From: Candidatus Fermentithermobacillaceae bacterium
Lineage (GTDB): Bacteria > Bacillota > Sulfobacillia > Fermentithermobacillales > Fermentithermobacillaceae
Length of the DNA: 64,000 nucleotides
NCBI GenBank assembly: GCA_012840345.1
Contig: DULO01000034.1
Coordinates: 3,013 to 67,012, forward strand
Direction of reading: 5' to 3'
Part shown: in pieces, positions 1 to 8,514 of the stretch
How the letters are laid out: every line of letters starts with the position of its first letter
Position numbering within the stretch: position 1 is the first letter of the stretch
Program-made: the position numbers and the translations under genes
The notes under the pieces: generated by a model
The model's database searches: none
Told to the model about the DNA's origin: nothing
Seen by the model: the letters and a program-made list of their open reading frames with translations, nothing else

Positions 1-81
1 GCCGCGGACCCGCTTTGCGACACGGAGTACAACTTCTCTTGGCGGCAACTGCGCCAGACCCCGCCTGAGATCCATTCCGGC

Positions 82-1194
82 GTGATCATGCGTACTGTAC
101 TTCAGCACGCGGACGAACACTATCCCGGAATCGGCGCGGCTTTGAGAAAGCTGGCCGACGAGACCCCCGCGGGACAGGAAAACGCAAGGGTCATCCGTCT
201 GAAAGACTACTGTGCATATTATCCGCTGGACGTGTCCCTAAGTTTCCCCGGTACAAGGATGGCGTGGTCGGGCAGCGTTTCCATCGATATAAATGACCCG
301 GAGCCGGGCACCGATGCGTACGTGATCCTTCGTTTCCAGGAGTTTTTCAGGATTCCAGTAATAGAAGACGAGCTAGTCATGATAGCAGTCACCAAAGACG
401 CGGACGACCGCGTGAAGTCATACAGGCTGGGGAGCACCAACAGCGACTCATTTCGTATGCGGTCAGAGAGCATAGTTATTGACGGCGCCTGCTATTTCAC
501 GTTCAACACCCGCACCTCAGACGGTGATATAGTGGACACGAGCCTCATCCCCGGCGGGTACGGCATCTATTGTCTTCCGTGTTTCGATGGGAGGACAGAA
601 CATGGACGCATTAATGGGGCGAAGGTAGACGAACTCTCCATGGTTTACCCGCTGGACCCGGCGGTGGAGTTCTTGGATTTAGGCCTGAGTCTCGATAAGG
701 CAAGGCTCTTGCTGCATACCGTGGAAAACGGGAAGTATGTTCTCACGGTAATCGATATCGCCACGATGACGGCGCTTCAGAGGATAGAGGTCTTCGACTG
801 GCCCGAGCGCGATCAAGGCTGGTGGGTCTACGAGGGGGACGGATTCTTCACCGCGGTCCTTCCGGACCAACGGCTTGCCGTCCTTGCTCTAGACGACGAG
901 GGTCTCTACGAACTGAGGTTCACGGCGGAGGTTAGAAATGGGGAAGACCCATTGGGCGCTCTGCGTCCCGAGGCCGTAATGGATTACGACGGCCGTCGCC
1001 TCGCGGTAGCAGGTTTCTTGCAACGCAAGAGCGGACACCCTACGTGCGATTTCTACCTTGCCGTCTACGATGAGTCGGGACTAGCTTATTACGCCGAATA
1101 CTTAAGCAGCCTCAGTAGAGGCGATGAGCCGGGCTGGCACCGCGGCTTTTGCGAGCCTGTCGATTATCACCCTATTGGTGTAACCTGGGATTAG
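82..1194 (+). CDS. Hypothetical protein (370 aa), no recognisable catalytic motif. Weak internal duplication with two 'YPLD' segments.
   Basis: Long ORF in coding-type GC with an ATG start; followed 86 nt later by an SdpI-like gene. No family recognised by eye. Confidence 0.45.
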   Translation: MIMRTVLQHADEHYPGIGAALRKLADETPAGQENARVIRLKDYCAYYPLDVSLSFPGTRMAWSGSVSIDINDPEPGTDAYVILRFQEFFRIPVIEDELVMIAVTKDADDRVKSYRLGSTNSDSFRMRSESIVIDGACYFTFNTRTSDGDIVDTSLIPGGYGIYCLPCFDGRTEHGRINGAKVDELSMVYPLDPAVEFLDLGLSLDKARLLLHTVENGKYVLTVIDIATMTALQRIEVFDWPERDQGWWVYEGDGFFTAVLPDQRLAVLALDDEGLYELRFTAEVRNGEDPLGALRPEAVMDYDGRRLAVAGFLQRKSGHPTCDFYLAVYDESGLAYYAEYLSSLSRGDEPGWHRGFCEPVDYHPIGVTWD

Positions 1195-1280
1195 TAGGAG
1201 CTAGGATTAGAAGGAGCCGGTGTTAGTCAACGGGATCCGACTACTTGGAGTGCCGTCCGCTTACTTAGGAGGTCCGTATC

Positions 1281-1652
1281 ATGACCGTTTTCATGCTGAT
1301 CACGTTATCCCTTGTCCCGGCCACCATGGTAGTCATCGGCTTGGTGTGGAGAAAGCGCCCGCCGCGCAAAATCAACTGGATATACGGATACAGGACCACC
1401 TGGTCTATGAAGAGTCAAGAAACCTGGGACTTCGCTCACAGGCACTTCTCAAGGATCTGGCTTAACACCGGCGTTCCGTTGTGGCTGGCCTCTATCACCG
1501 CCGGGTTGATATGCACTAGATGTGGAGATGAGGTCCTGGAAAAGCTCACGGCAGGGGCCACGATCCTGCAGTGCGTTCTCCTCTTCTTGACTCTGTTTCC
1601 TACCGAGATTGCCTTACGACGGAATTTCGACGAGAGCGGCAAGCGGAAGTGA
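1281..1652 (+). CDS. Short SdpI/YhfL-family membrane protein (123 aa)
   Basis: N-terminal TM helix, then a 'KINWIYGYRTTWSMKSQETWDFAHR' segment resembling the SdpI/YhfL (DUF1648/SdpI) signature, then two further TM helices. RBS 'ggagg' sits 8 nt upstream. Confidence 0.5.
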   Translation: MTVFMLITLSLVPATMVVIGLVWRKRPPRKINWIYGYRTTWSMKSQETWDFAHRHFSRIWLNTGVPLWLASITAGLICTRCGDEVLEKLTAGATILQCVLLFLTLFPTEIALRRNFDESGKRK

Positions 1653-1960
1653 TCCGAACCGCCTGTCGCCACCTCCTGTGAATCAAGTCATGGAGATGCC
1701 CGCTCACTTGACTGGGTGCTCCCGAGTCCTTCTCTCCAAGCTCAGGTAGAGGACACTTTAAGAAGCTATCTTCACACTTTGTCTGACCCTCCGACAGGAT
1801 TACTTCCCGGTTATGTCTCACTAAAGAGGAGTTTCACTCTAGAAACGTGAATCCGATAGGGAAGGAGATTCCAAATGTCTCCTCATCTGATAATAGATTG
1901 ATCATCTATCTGATCATACGCGCGAGGCAAGGGAAAGCCCCCAGCATTAGGAGGCTCCCG

Positions 1961-2623
1961 GGATTGGATGCCATAGAAGAGGCGGTTGGGCGGGCGACTG
2001 AAATGGGAAGACCCGTCCATTTCAGTCCAGGGATTGTTGAGCTTACCCATGAAAGGGCACCTCAGACACTGGCCGGACTTTCGGTTCTTTCATACGTGGC
2101 GTCCTTGTGCGCCAAGTACGACACCGGTTTGGTGACCACGATAATGAAGCCGGACGTCTACGTGGTCGCGGAAGACATCGTCAAGAACGCTTTTCTCGTT
2201 GAAGGAAAAGGAGAGCGCTACAGACCTGACATGGTTCGTTTCATCGGCGCTGAGCAGTTTGCTTACGGCGCCGCGGCCGTGGGTATCATGCATCGCGAAA
2301 AGGTCGCGGCCAACATCATGATCGGAGCGTGGTACGCGGAGTCATTGATGGTTACCGAAGGCGGCGCTCAGACCGGAGGCATACAAATAACGGGTTCGGC
2401 AACGGTTGCGCAGCTACCCTTCTTAGTGATCGCTTCGGACTACTGCCTCATGGGAGAGGAAATCTACGCGGCGAGCGCCTACTTGTCGAAAGACCCCACA
2501 CAGCTGGCCGTGATACTGGGCCAAGACCTGGCGAAAGCCGCGACCATAGCCATCATGGTCGTAGGAGCCGTGCTCTTGGCGTTTGGCTCTGATGTTGTTG
2601 TTCGGCTGATTAACAGCCAGTGA
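1961..2623 (+). CDS. Conserved hypothetical protein, gene A of a four-gene membrane operon. C-terminal hydrophobic helix. ORF is open from 1847 but the 5' portion is AT-rich.
   Basis: TTG at 1961 is preceded by 'aggagg' at 1949-1954. ATG at 2003 is an alternative start. 1847-1960 has non-coding-like composition. The gene ends 8 nt before gene B. Confidence 0.45.
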   Translation, partial: GLDAIEEAVGRATEMGRPVHFSPGIVELTHERAPQTLAGLSVLSYVASLCAKYDTGLVTTIMKPDVYVVAEDIVKNAFLVEGKGERYRPDMVRFIGAEQFAYGAAAVGIMHREKVAANIMIGAWYAESLMVTEGGAQTGGIQITGSATVAQLPFLVIASDYCLMGEEIYAASAYLSKDPTQLAVILGQDLAKAATIAIMVVGAVLLAFGSDVVVRLINSQ

Positions 2624-2630
2624 TGAGGAG

Positions 2631-3260
2631 GTGGGTTTCTTGAAAAGCACCGTACCCGTGGTAATCACCGCCGTAATCGGCATCGTAATGATCCTCGACT
2701 TCTTCCTTCCGGTGCAGTCTGTCAACAACATGGCATCGCTACTCCAGTCATGGGGAATCGTGATATCAGCGTTCGCGATGGGGTTGGGCGCAGTCAACCT
2801 CCTCAGAAGACACACAGGGATCATCGCCAAGGGCGAGAAGAGCATGTTATATAGCCTCCTGTTGGTAGGTTCGATGATCCTAACCATCATCGTAGGACTG
2901 TTTTTTGGTACGGGTAGTAAACTCTACGATTTCTTGTTCACAAACATTCTGTCAGCGGCGTCGCGCACTCTCTACGCGTCGATTGCCTTCTACATCTTAA
3001 GCGCCGCGTATAGAGCTTTTGTCGCGAAGAACCTGGACGGTTGGATCCTCCTGTTGACCGGCGTGGTCATCATGCTCGGGACGGCCCCCATAGGAGCTGT
3101 GATCTCGAAATTCTTCCCAGCCGCTTCCCAGTGGATTCAAGACATACCGAATACGGCGGGCATGAGGGCCATTATGATGGGCGCGGCCCTCGGAGTAGTA
3201 TCCAGCGCCGTCAAGACCTTCCTGGGGTATGACAAGAGCTACCTCGGGCAAGGGGAATGA
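2631..3260 (+). CDS. Polytopic membrane protein of about 5-6 TM (209 aa), gene B of the operon
   Basis: Strongly hydrophobic segments throughout. Weak similarity to gene D ('ILSAAYRAF' vs 'MLYARYF'). Translationally coupled to gene C. Confidence 0.5.
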   Translation: MGFLKSTVPVVITAVIGIVMILDFFLPVQSVNNMASLLQSWGIVISAFAMGLGAVNLLRRHTGIIAKGEKSMLYSLLLVGSMILTIIVGLFFGTGSKLYDFLFTNILSAASRTLYASIAFYILSAAYRAFVAKNLDGWILLLTGVVIMLGTAPIGAVISKFFPAASQWIQDIPNTAGMRAIMMGAALGVVSSAVKTFLGYDKSYLGQGE

Positions 3261-3276
3261 GGAGGCGAGACGCGGA

Positions 3277-4128
3277 ATGATGAGAAGTCTCCAATCAATA
3301 CCGAGGTCTTGGTTGTACGTAATCCTAATCGTCCTGCTTGCATGGCCTTTGATCAAGCCGATTGGCATCAAACTTGATATCAGCGACGAGACCAGGCGCT
3401 GCTACGAGGCTATCGAATCTCTTGAACCCGGTTCGGTGGTCGTGTTTGGTTTCGACTACTCGGCCGGCAACAAGGCCGAGATGGAACCCCAAGCTCTTGC
3501 CGTTCTGAGGCACTTGCTTAGGCGCAATGTTAAGGTAATCGGGCTCGCATTTGTCGAGCAAGGCCCAATACTAGGCGAACAGGCCTTCCAGAAAACAGGG
3601 TGGACAGAAAAGCAGTACGGAGTCGACTATATTAACCTGGGGTACCGCGCGGGAGGCCAGGGAACGGTTGCCGCCTTCGCGAACGACATACCGGGTACCT
3701 TCAACACTGATATAAGCGGCAAGCCGAGTACGAGTTTTCCCATCATGGAAGGGATAAAGACAGCGGCGGACATAGACCTCATAGTTACCATAGCTCCAGG
3801 TACGCCAGGTCCTGAAGACTATGTCCGTCAGGTGTTCAGTTCGTACCAGACGCCTCTTGTGTGCGGCGTGCCCGCCGTGGCGATCACTCAGGTCGCGCCG
3901 TACGTTCAAGCCAAACAGATAAAGGGTATTCTAGGCGGCAGCCCCGCTGCGGCACAGTACGAGTTGCTCATAGAACAGCCGGGCGATGCCGTGGCGGCCA
4001 TGGATGCCCAGTCGCTCGCTCACCTATTGATCGTGGCTGTCATCATACTGCGTAACATCGGTTATCTCGCCGAGAAGAAGGCATCGAACAACACGGCGAA
4101 CCCGTCCGGAAGGGGGACTCACTCTTGA
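3277..4128 (+). CDS. Membrane-anchored extracytoplasmic protein, gene C. N-terminal signal-anchor and C-terminal TM helix.
   Basis: ATG 3277 (MMRSLQSIPRSWLYVILIVLLAWPL...) follows 'ggagg' at 3261-3265. The ORF is open from 3229, overlapping gene B. C-terminal 'LAHLLIVAVIILRNIGYL' is a TM helix. Confidence 0.5.
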   Translation: MMRSLQSIPRSWLYVILIVLLAWPLIKPIGIKLDISDETRRCYEAIESLEPGSVVVFGFDYSAGNKAEMEPQALAVLRHLLRRNVKVIGLAFVEQGPILGEQAFQKTGWTEKQYGVDYINLGYRAGGQGTVAAFANDIPGTFNTDISGKPSTSFPIMEGIKTAADIDLIVTIAPGTPGPEDYVRQVFSSYQTPLVCGVPAVAITQVAPYVQAKQIKGILGGSPAAAQYELLIEQPGDAVAAMDAQSLAHLLIVAVIILRNIGYLAEKKASNNTANPSGRGTHS

Positions 4129-4715
4129 GCAAGAGCCTAGGTGTTTGGGTGGCGGGGTTAATGACCATTGCAATAGTGAGCTTGGTCTGGAAAGAGAACC
4201 CCTATTATCGTGTAGCTGAGCACCTTTATGTTGGCGTAAGCGCCGGCCACGCCGTGGTAATGGCGTTCAACAACATACGTGACAGCGCTGTCAAGCCTCT
4301 CATGGCGGGCAACTACCTATGGATAGTCCCCATCGTCCTGGGAGTAATGCTGTATGCCAGGTACTTCAAACAGATAGCGTGGTATTCACGCTTTCCCGTC
4401 TCGGTGTTAGTCGGTATCGGAATGGGCGTCGCTACTCGCGGAGCAATCCACGGTGACTTCGTCCAGCAAATATCCGCTACCATCAGAGTAGGGAGCCTCA
4501 ATGACGTCCTGCTGCTCCTGTTCACTATAGCTTCTCTGAGTTACTTCTTCTTCTCGAGGGAAGCCAAAGGAGCCGCCGGCGCGATCCCCCGAGCAGGCCG
4601 CTGCGTCCTCATGATCGCTTTCGGAGCCGCCTTTGGCACCACGGTCATGGGCAGAATGGCGCTGCTCATCGGTCGTATCCAGTTTGTGCTGGGAGAATTT
4701 TTGGGCATCATGTGA
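4125..4715 (+). CDS. Polytopic membrane protein (196 aa), gene D of the operon
   Basis: TTG start overlaps the gene C stop by 4 nt. RBS 'aggggga' at 4111-4117. Several TM helices. Confidence 0.5.
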   Translation: MSKSLGVWVAGLMTIAIVSLVWKENPYYRVAEHLYVGVSAGHAVVMAFNNIRDSAVKPLMAGNYLWIVPIVLGVMLYARYFKQIAWYSRFPVSVLVGIGMGVATRGAIHGDFVQQISATIRVGSLNDVLLLLFTIASLSYFFFSREAKGAAGAIPRAGRCVLMIAFGAAFGTTVMGRMALLIGRIQFVLGEFLGIM

Positions 4716-4720
4716 GAATC

Positions 4721-4763
4721 GCCCCGGGGCGCCCTTTGGGGCGTCCCGGGTTTTCTTTTTTCA
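4721..4763 (+). terminator. Rho-independent terminator closing the four-gene operon
   Basis: GC hairpin 'ccccggggcgccc tttg gggcgtcccggg' followed by 'gttttcttttttc'. Confidence 0.75.
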
Positions 4764-4835
4764 TCTACAAATCCTACGGATTCCCCTTGACTAAGCTTGT
4801 CCCGTAGGCATAGGATCCTTGTCGAAAGCAAAACA

Positions 4836-4911
4836 CTCTTTAAGGCTGGTCCGGAGAGTCCAGCAAGGGTAGAATCACGCAACGACTCTTGCTGGTAGGC
4901 AAGAGTTTTTT
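4836..4911 (+). promoter_or_regulatory. PyrR-binding transcription attenuator upstream of the uracil permease gene
   Basis: 'UCCGGAGAGUCCAGCAAGGG' (4850-4869) matches the PyrR binding-loop consensus UCCAGAGAGGCU.GCAAGG. Terminator hairpin 'ctcttgc tggtag gcaagag' plus 6 T at 4886-4911. Confidence 0.7.
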
Positions 4912-4956
4912 GATGCCTACCATCCCGCGGACAGGCCGACCCAAGGAGGTCTTCAA

Positions 4957-6279
4957 TTGTCCAAAGAACCTCTCAACGCGGTCGGGTACCTTCCCGACGA
5001 CACACCGCCCTTCGGTAAGATGCTCGTCTTCGCGCTCCAGCAGGTAATCGTCATGTTCCCCGCCACAGTGCTGGTAGCCATCCTCACCGGGTTCGACGTG
5101 GGCGTCACCATCGTCGCAAGCGGTCTGGCAACGTTAGGGTTCCTCTTGATCACCGGCCGCCGCATCCCGCTCTACTACGGTTCCAGTTTCTCCTACATCG
5201 CGGCAGTCGGAGGAGTATCGGCAATAGTGGCCGCCGAAACCGGAAACCCGGTCGCCGGCATTCAAGCGGCTCAGACGGGTATCATCGCTTCGGGCTTGCT
5301 CAGCGTCGCGGCCGGCCTCTTGATAAAGAAGGGCGGACCGAACATAGTCAAGAAAGTCCTGCCCCCATCGGTTACGGGAGCCGTCGCAATCATCATAGGT
5401 CTCTCGCTCGCTTCGGCAGCCATGTCTGACGCCTCGAACAACTGGCCCATCGCCATTGTCACGCTCATCGCCACAATTCTGTTCTCCGTGTATCTTAGGG
5501 GCACCCTCGGCCAGCTCTCCGTACTCTTCGGAGTCGCGGCCGGATATCTCTTCGCGCTAGCCCTGGGACAAGTGGACTTCACACCTGTGGTGACAGCCAA
5601 GCTATTCGCCGTCCCCAGATTCACGCTCCCGGCTTTTAACAAGTACGGGCTCATGGCCATCGGCGCTATCGCCCCGGTCGCGATCGCTACCATCCCCGAG
5701 TCCACGGCTCACTTGCTCCAGATTGACTTGTACGTAAACAACCTGGCGAAGCGCCTCGGCCGGAAGAAAGAATATAAGATTGCCGGGCTTCTCGGTGATA
5801 ACCTGATCGGCGACGGAATCGGAGATATAATCGCGGGCGCCATCGGAGGCCCCGCCGGAACCAACTACGGCGAGAACAACTCGCTCATGGCGATCACCAG
5901 GAACTTCTCGGTGCCGGTGCTTATCACCGCGGCTCTCATCGCCATCGTGATGGGCTTTTTCGGACACGTCGCCGGGATCGTGAACACCATCCCGCGGGCG
6001 GTAATCGGAGGAGTCTCAATCTACCTCTTCGGCGTAATCGGAGCACAGGGAGCGGCCCTCATGATTTCCGAAAAACTGGACCTGTTCTCGGCCAAGAACC
6101 TTGCTGTCGTAGCCACCATCTTGATAATCGGGTTGGGCGGAGCCGCTATGCCTAACGGCATGATCGTAATAGGCAACCTGGAACTCCCGGCCATCGCCAC
6201 CGCGGCCATTTTCGGCATCGTGCTTAACCTGGTATTCGAATTGTTCCCCGCGAAGCAAGACACGTCCGGGAATGAGTAG
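4957..6279 (+). CDS. pyrP: Uracil permease (NCS2 nucleobase:cation symporter family)
   Basis: 12-14 TM NCS2-like protein. TTG start 7 nt after 'aaggagg'. Preceded by a PyrR attenuator, as for pyrP/uraA in Bacillus. Confidence 0.75.
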   Translation: MSKEPLNAVGYLPDDTPPFGKMLVFALQQVIVMFPATVLVAILTGFDVGVTIVASGLATLGFLLITGRRIPLYYGSSFSYIAAVGGVSAIVAAETGNPVAGIQAAQTGIIASGLLSVAAGLLIKKGGPNIVKKVLPPSVTGAVAIIIGLSLASAAMSDASNNWPIAIVTLIATILFSVYLRGTLGQLSVLFGVAAGYLFALALGQVDFTPVVTAKLFAVPRFTLPAFNKYGLMAIGAIAPVAIATIPESTAHLLQIDLYVNNLAKRLGRKKEYKIAGLLGDNLIGDGIGDIIAGAIGGPAGTNYGENNSLMAITRNFSVPVLITAALIAIVMGFFGHVAGIVNTIPRAVIGGVSIYLFGVIGAQGAALMISEKLDLFSAKNLAVVATILIIGLGGAAMPNGMIVIGNLELPAIATAAIFGIVLNLVFELFPAKQDTSGNE

Positions 6280-6414
6280 GGCGGAGTAGACCGTCCCGAA
6301 AACACCGCTCCGGAAACAAGGACAGTTGGAATAGGGGGCCGGAAACGGCCCCCTATATCATTAGTAGGTCTCCGCCATTTCTAGGTGCCCACCGCGGCTA
6401 ATTCCTCAAAGCCG

Positions 6415-8346
6415 CTAGATCCCCATCGCCAGCTGCCTCGCGTCGCGTATGGCTTGAAGCGCGTCGCGAGGGGCTTTGGCGTCGCCAATAACGTGGACCT
6501 CAGTCACCCCGTCGGGTACGTTGGCAGCCAGGTGGTCCTCAGGAACGTACCCGAGAGCCAATACTACGGTATCGTAGCCCCTTAGCACCAGCGCCTGCCC
6601 GTCTTTCTCGCATATCGCCCCGTCTTGGACCACTTCCATAATCCGCGTGTTGAGATGAATCTCGACGCCGCCCTCTTTGAGCCTGTTTAGCAGGAAGAAC
6701 CGTTGTGACGATTCGGCGTCTTTCGCCAGGTCGTCCAGCAACTCAACAATTGTGATCGTCTTCTGCAGCGTCAGGAGGTAGTCGGCAACTTCGCATCCCA
6801 CTAACCCTCCGCCCAGCACAAGGACGCGGTTGCCCGCGGATCGTTTCCCCGCGAGAATCATCGAGGCCGGCACAGCCCACGGACCGTCCGCTCCCGGGAT
6901 CCCCTGTGTCGAAGGTCGCGCTCCCGTCGCGACCACCAAGACATCGGGCTTCGCCTCGGCGATGGACTGGCGAGTGACCTCTTCGCCCAGTTTCATGGTG
7001 ACGCCCGCTTTGGCGGCCTTGTCAACTTGCCAACGTATCAGCTTAGCCAACGGCTGCTTCTCAGGAGGCAGCGCCGCTATCCGGAACTGTCCGCCGAACC
7101 TGTCATCCCTCTCCGCCAACACGACGCGGTGCCCTCGTTCCGCCAGGATCCTCGCGGCTTCCAGGCCCGCCGGACCGCTTCCTACTACCAGGCAGTTCTT
7201 CCGAACCGTCGCCGGCCTGTACCGGTACTCCCGTTCCTTGCCTACCGCCGGGTTCACCAAGCAAGACATCTCCTGTTCAGGGCCGAACAACCCTCCGACG
7301 CACCCCTGGTTGCACGTAATGCAAGGCCTGACGTCATCCAGGGCTCCCGCTGCCGACTTCTTAGGAAGTTCCGGATCGACAATCGACGCGCGGCCCATAG
7401 ACACCATATCCGCTTTCCCGCCTGCGATGATTGACTCGGCGGTCACGACCTCTGTGATCTTTCCGGCTACTATCACGGGCAAGCCCACATGCTCCCGAAC
7501 CATCCTGGCGTCCTCCACGTTGAGTCCGTCGGGCAGGTAATAGTTGGGGATGATGTAAGGCATGCTGCCGTAGACCCCCGTGCTTACGTGAAAGGCGTCC
7601 ACACCCGCCTCCTCCAGGACTTTGACTATGGGGAGGGTCTCCACCGGCGTGAGGCCTCCAGGAACCCGTTCCCGCACGGAAATCCGGTATATGATGGGAA
7701 AATCGGAGCCAGTCGCCCGCCTCACCTCCGAGATGATCTCGAGGGCGAAGCGCAGCCTGTTGTGTAGGGGCCCTCCGTAGGCATCCACTCTCCGGTTGGA
7801 GTAGGGGGAAGTAAACTGACCTATCAGATACCCGTGGGCACCGTGTATCTCAACGGCGTCGACCCCGGCCTCCTTGGCCCTTTGCGCGGCGCGGCCAAAG
7901 GCCTTCACGAGTTCAGCTATATCCTTGCGCGTAAGCTCCCGTGGGATCTCCGAGCACACGGGGCAAGGGACCGGCGATGCCGATACCGACTGCCCTCCCA
8001 AGACCGCGGAGTATGTCTGGCGCCCGGCGTGATAGAGCTGAACCGCCAACTTGGCGCCTTTCCCGTGGATAGCCGCGGCGAGCCGCGACAAGCCTTCCAT
8101 TTGCCTGTCGTCCCACAGCCCGACTCCTTTTGGGAAGCCGATCCCCGAAGGGTGTACAGCCGTGGCCTCCAGTATTATCAGCCCAAAGCCTCCTTTGGCC
8201 CGCTCTTCCAGATAGGCGATGTGGCGGTCGGTGACTTCACCCAGCTCGTTCCCGTAGTTGGTGACCATCGGCGGCACAACGAGCCTGTTCTTTATCTCCA
8301 GCTGGTTTATCTTGATTGGTGAGAAGACGCTTTTGAACAATGTCAT
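6415..8346 (-). CDS. NADH:flavin oxidoreductase. Old Yellow Enzyme TIM-barrel fused to a C-terminal FAD/NAD(P)-binding domain (2,4-dienoyl-CoA reductase / NADH oxidase type).
   Basis: OYE motif 'HGAHGYLIGQFTSPYSNRRVDAYGG', then 'CITCNQGC' Fe-S-type cysteines, then Rossmann 'LVVGSGPAGLEAA' and 'VLVLGGGLVGCEVA'. Confidence 0.8.
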   Translation of the reverse strand: MTLFKSVFSPIKINQLEIKNRLVVPPMVTNYGNELGEVTDRHIAYLEERAKGGFGLIILEATAVHPSGIGFPKGVGLWDDRQMEGLSRLAAAIHGKGAKLAVQLYHAGRQTYSAVLGGQSVSASPVPCPVCSEIPRELTRKDIAELVKAFGRAAQRAKEAGVDAVEIHGAHGYLIGQFTSPYSNRRVDAYGGPLHNRLRFALEIISEVRRATGSDFPIIYRISVRERVPGGLTPVETLPIVKVLEEAGVDAFHVSTGVYGSMPYIIPNYYLPDGLNVEDARMVREHVGLPVIVAGKITEVVTAESIIAGGKADMVSMGRASIVDPELPKKSAAGALDDVRPCITCNQGCVGGLFGPEQEMSCLVNPAVGKEREYRYRPATVRKNCLVVGSGPAGLEAARILAERGHRVVLAERDDRFGGQFRIAALPPEKQPLAKLIRWQVDKAAKAGVTMKLGEEVTRQSIAEAKPDVLVVATGARPSTQGIPGADGPWAVPASMILAGKRSAGNRVLVLGGGLVGCEVADYLLTLQKTITIVELLDDLAKDAESSQRFFLLNRLKEGGVEIHLNTRIMEVVQDGAICEKDGQALVLRGYDTVVLALGYVPEDHLAANVPDGVTEVHVIGDAKAPRDALQAIRDARQLAMGI

Positions 8347-8514
8347 TCCTCCGTCCTTGAGTTCTGCGGTATAGCTTTCTCAGCGGCCGTTGAGGTATAC
8401 CGCTTTGAGACAAGTTGTGAGCCGCAAGTGGATAAGCGTGACGGCCAGCCGAAAAGGTATAGCCGCGGGCGAAGAAGAACTCCTGTGTGACTAAGAACAG
8501 GGAGGAGACCGCCT

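Noticed and set aside
1847-1960. 5' extension of operon gene A as called by the ORF track
   Set aside because: AT-rich, non-coding-like composition, and it contains palindromic TGATCA repeats. An AGGAGG-TTG start at 1961 fits better.
6830-7540. 236-aa plus-strand ORF inside the NADH:flavin oxidoreductase gene
   Set aside because: Antisense to a motif-rich CDS and has low-complexity Ala/Ser/Pro/Arg composition.
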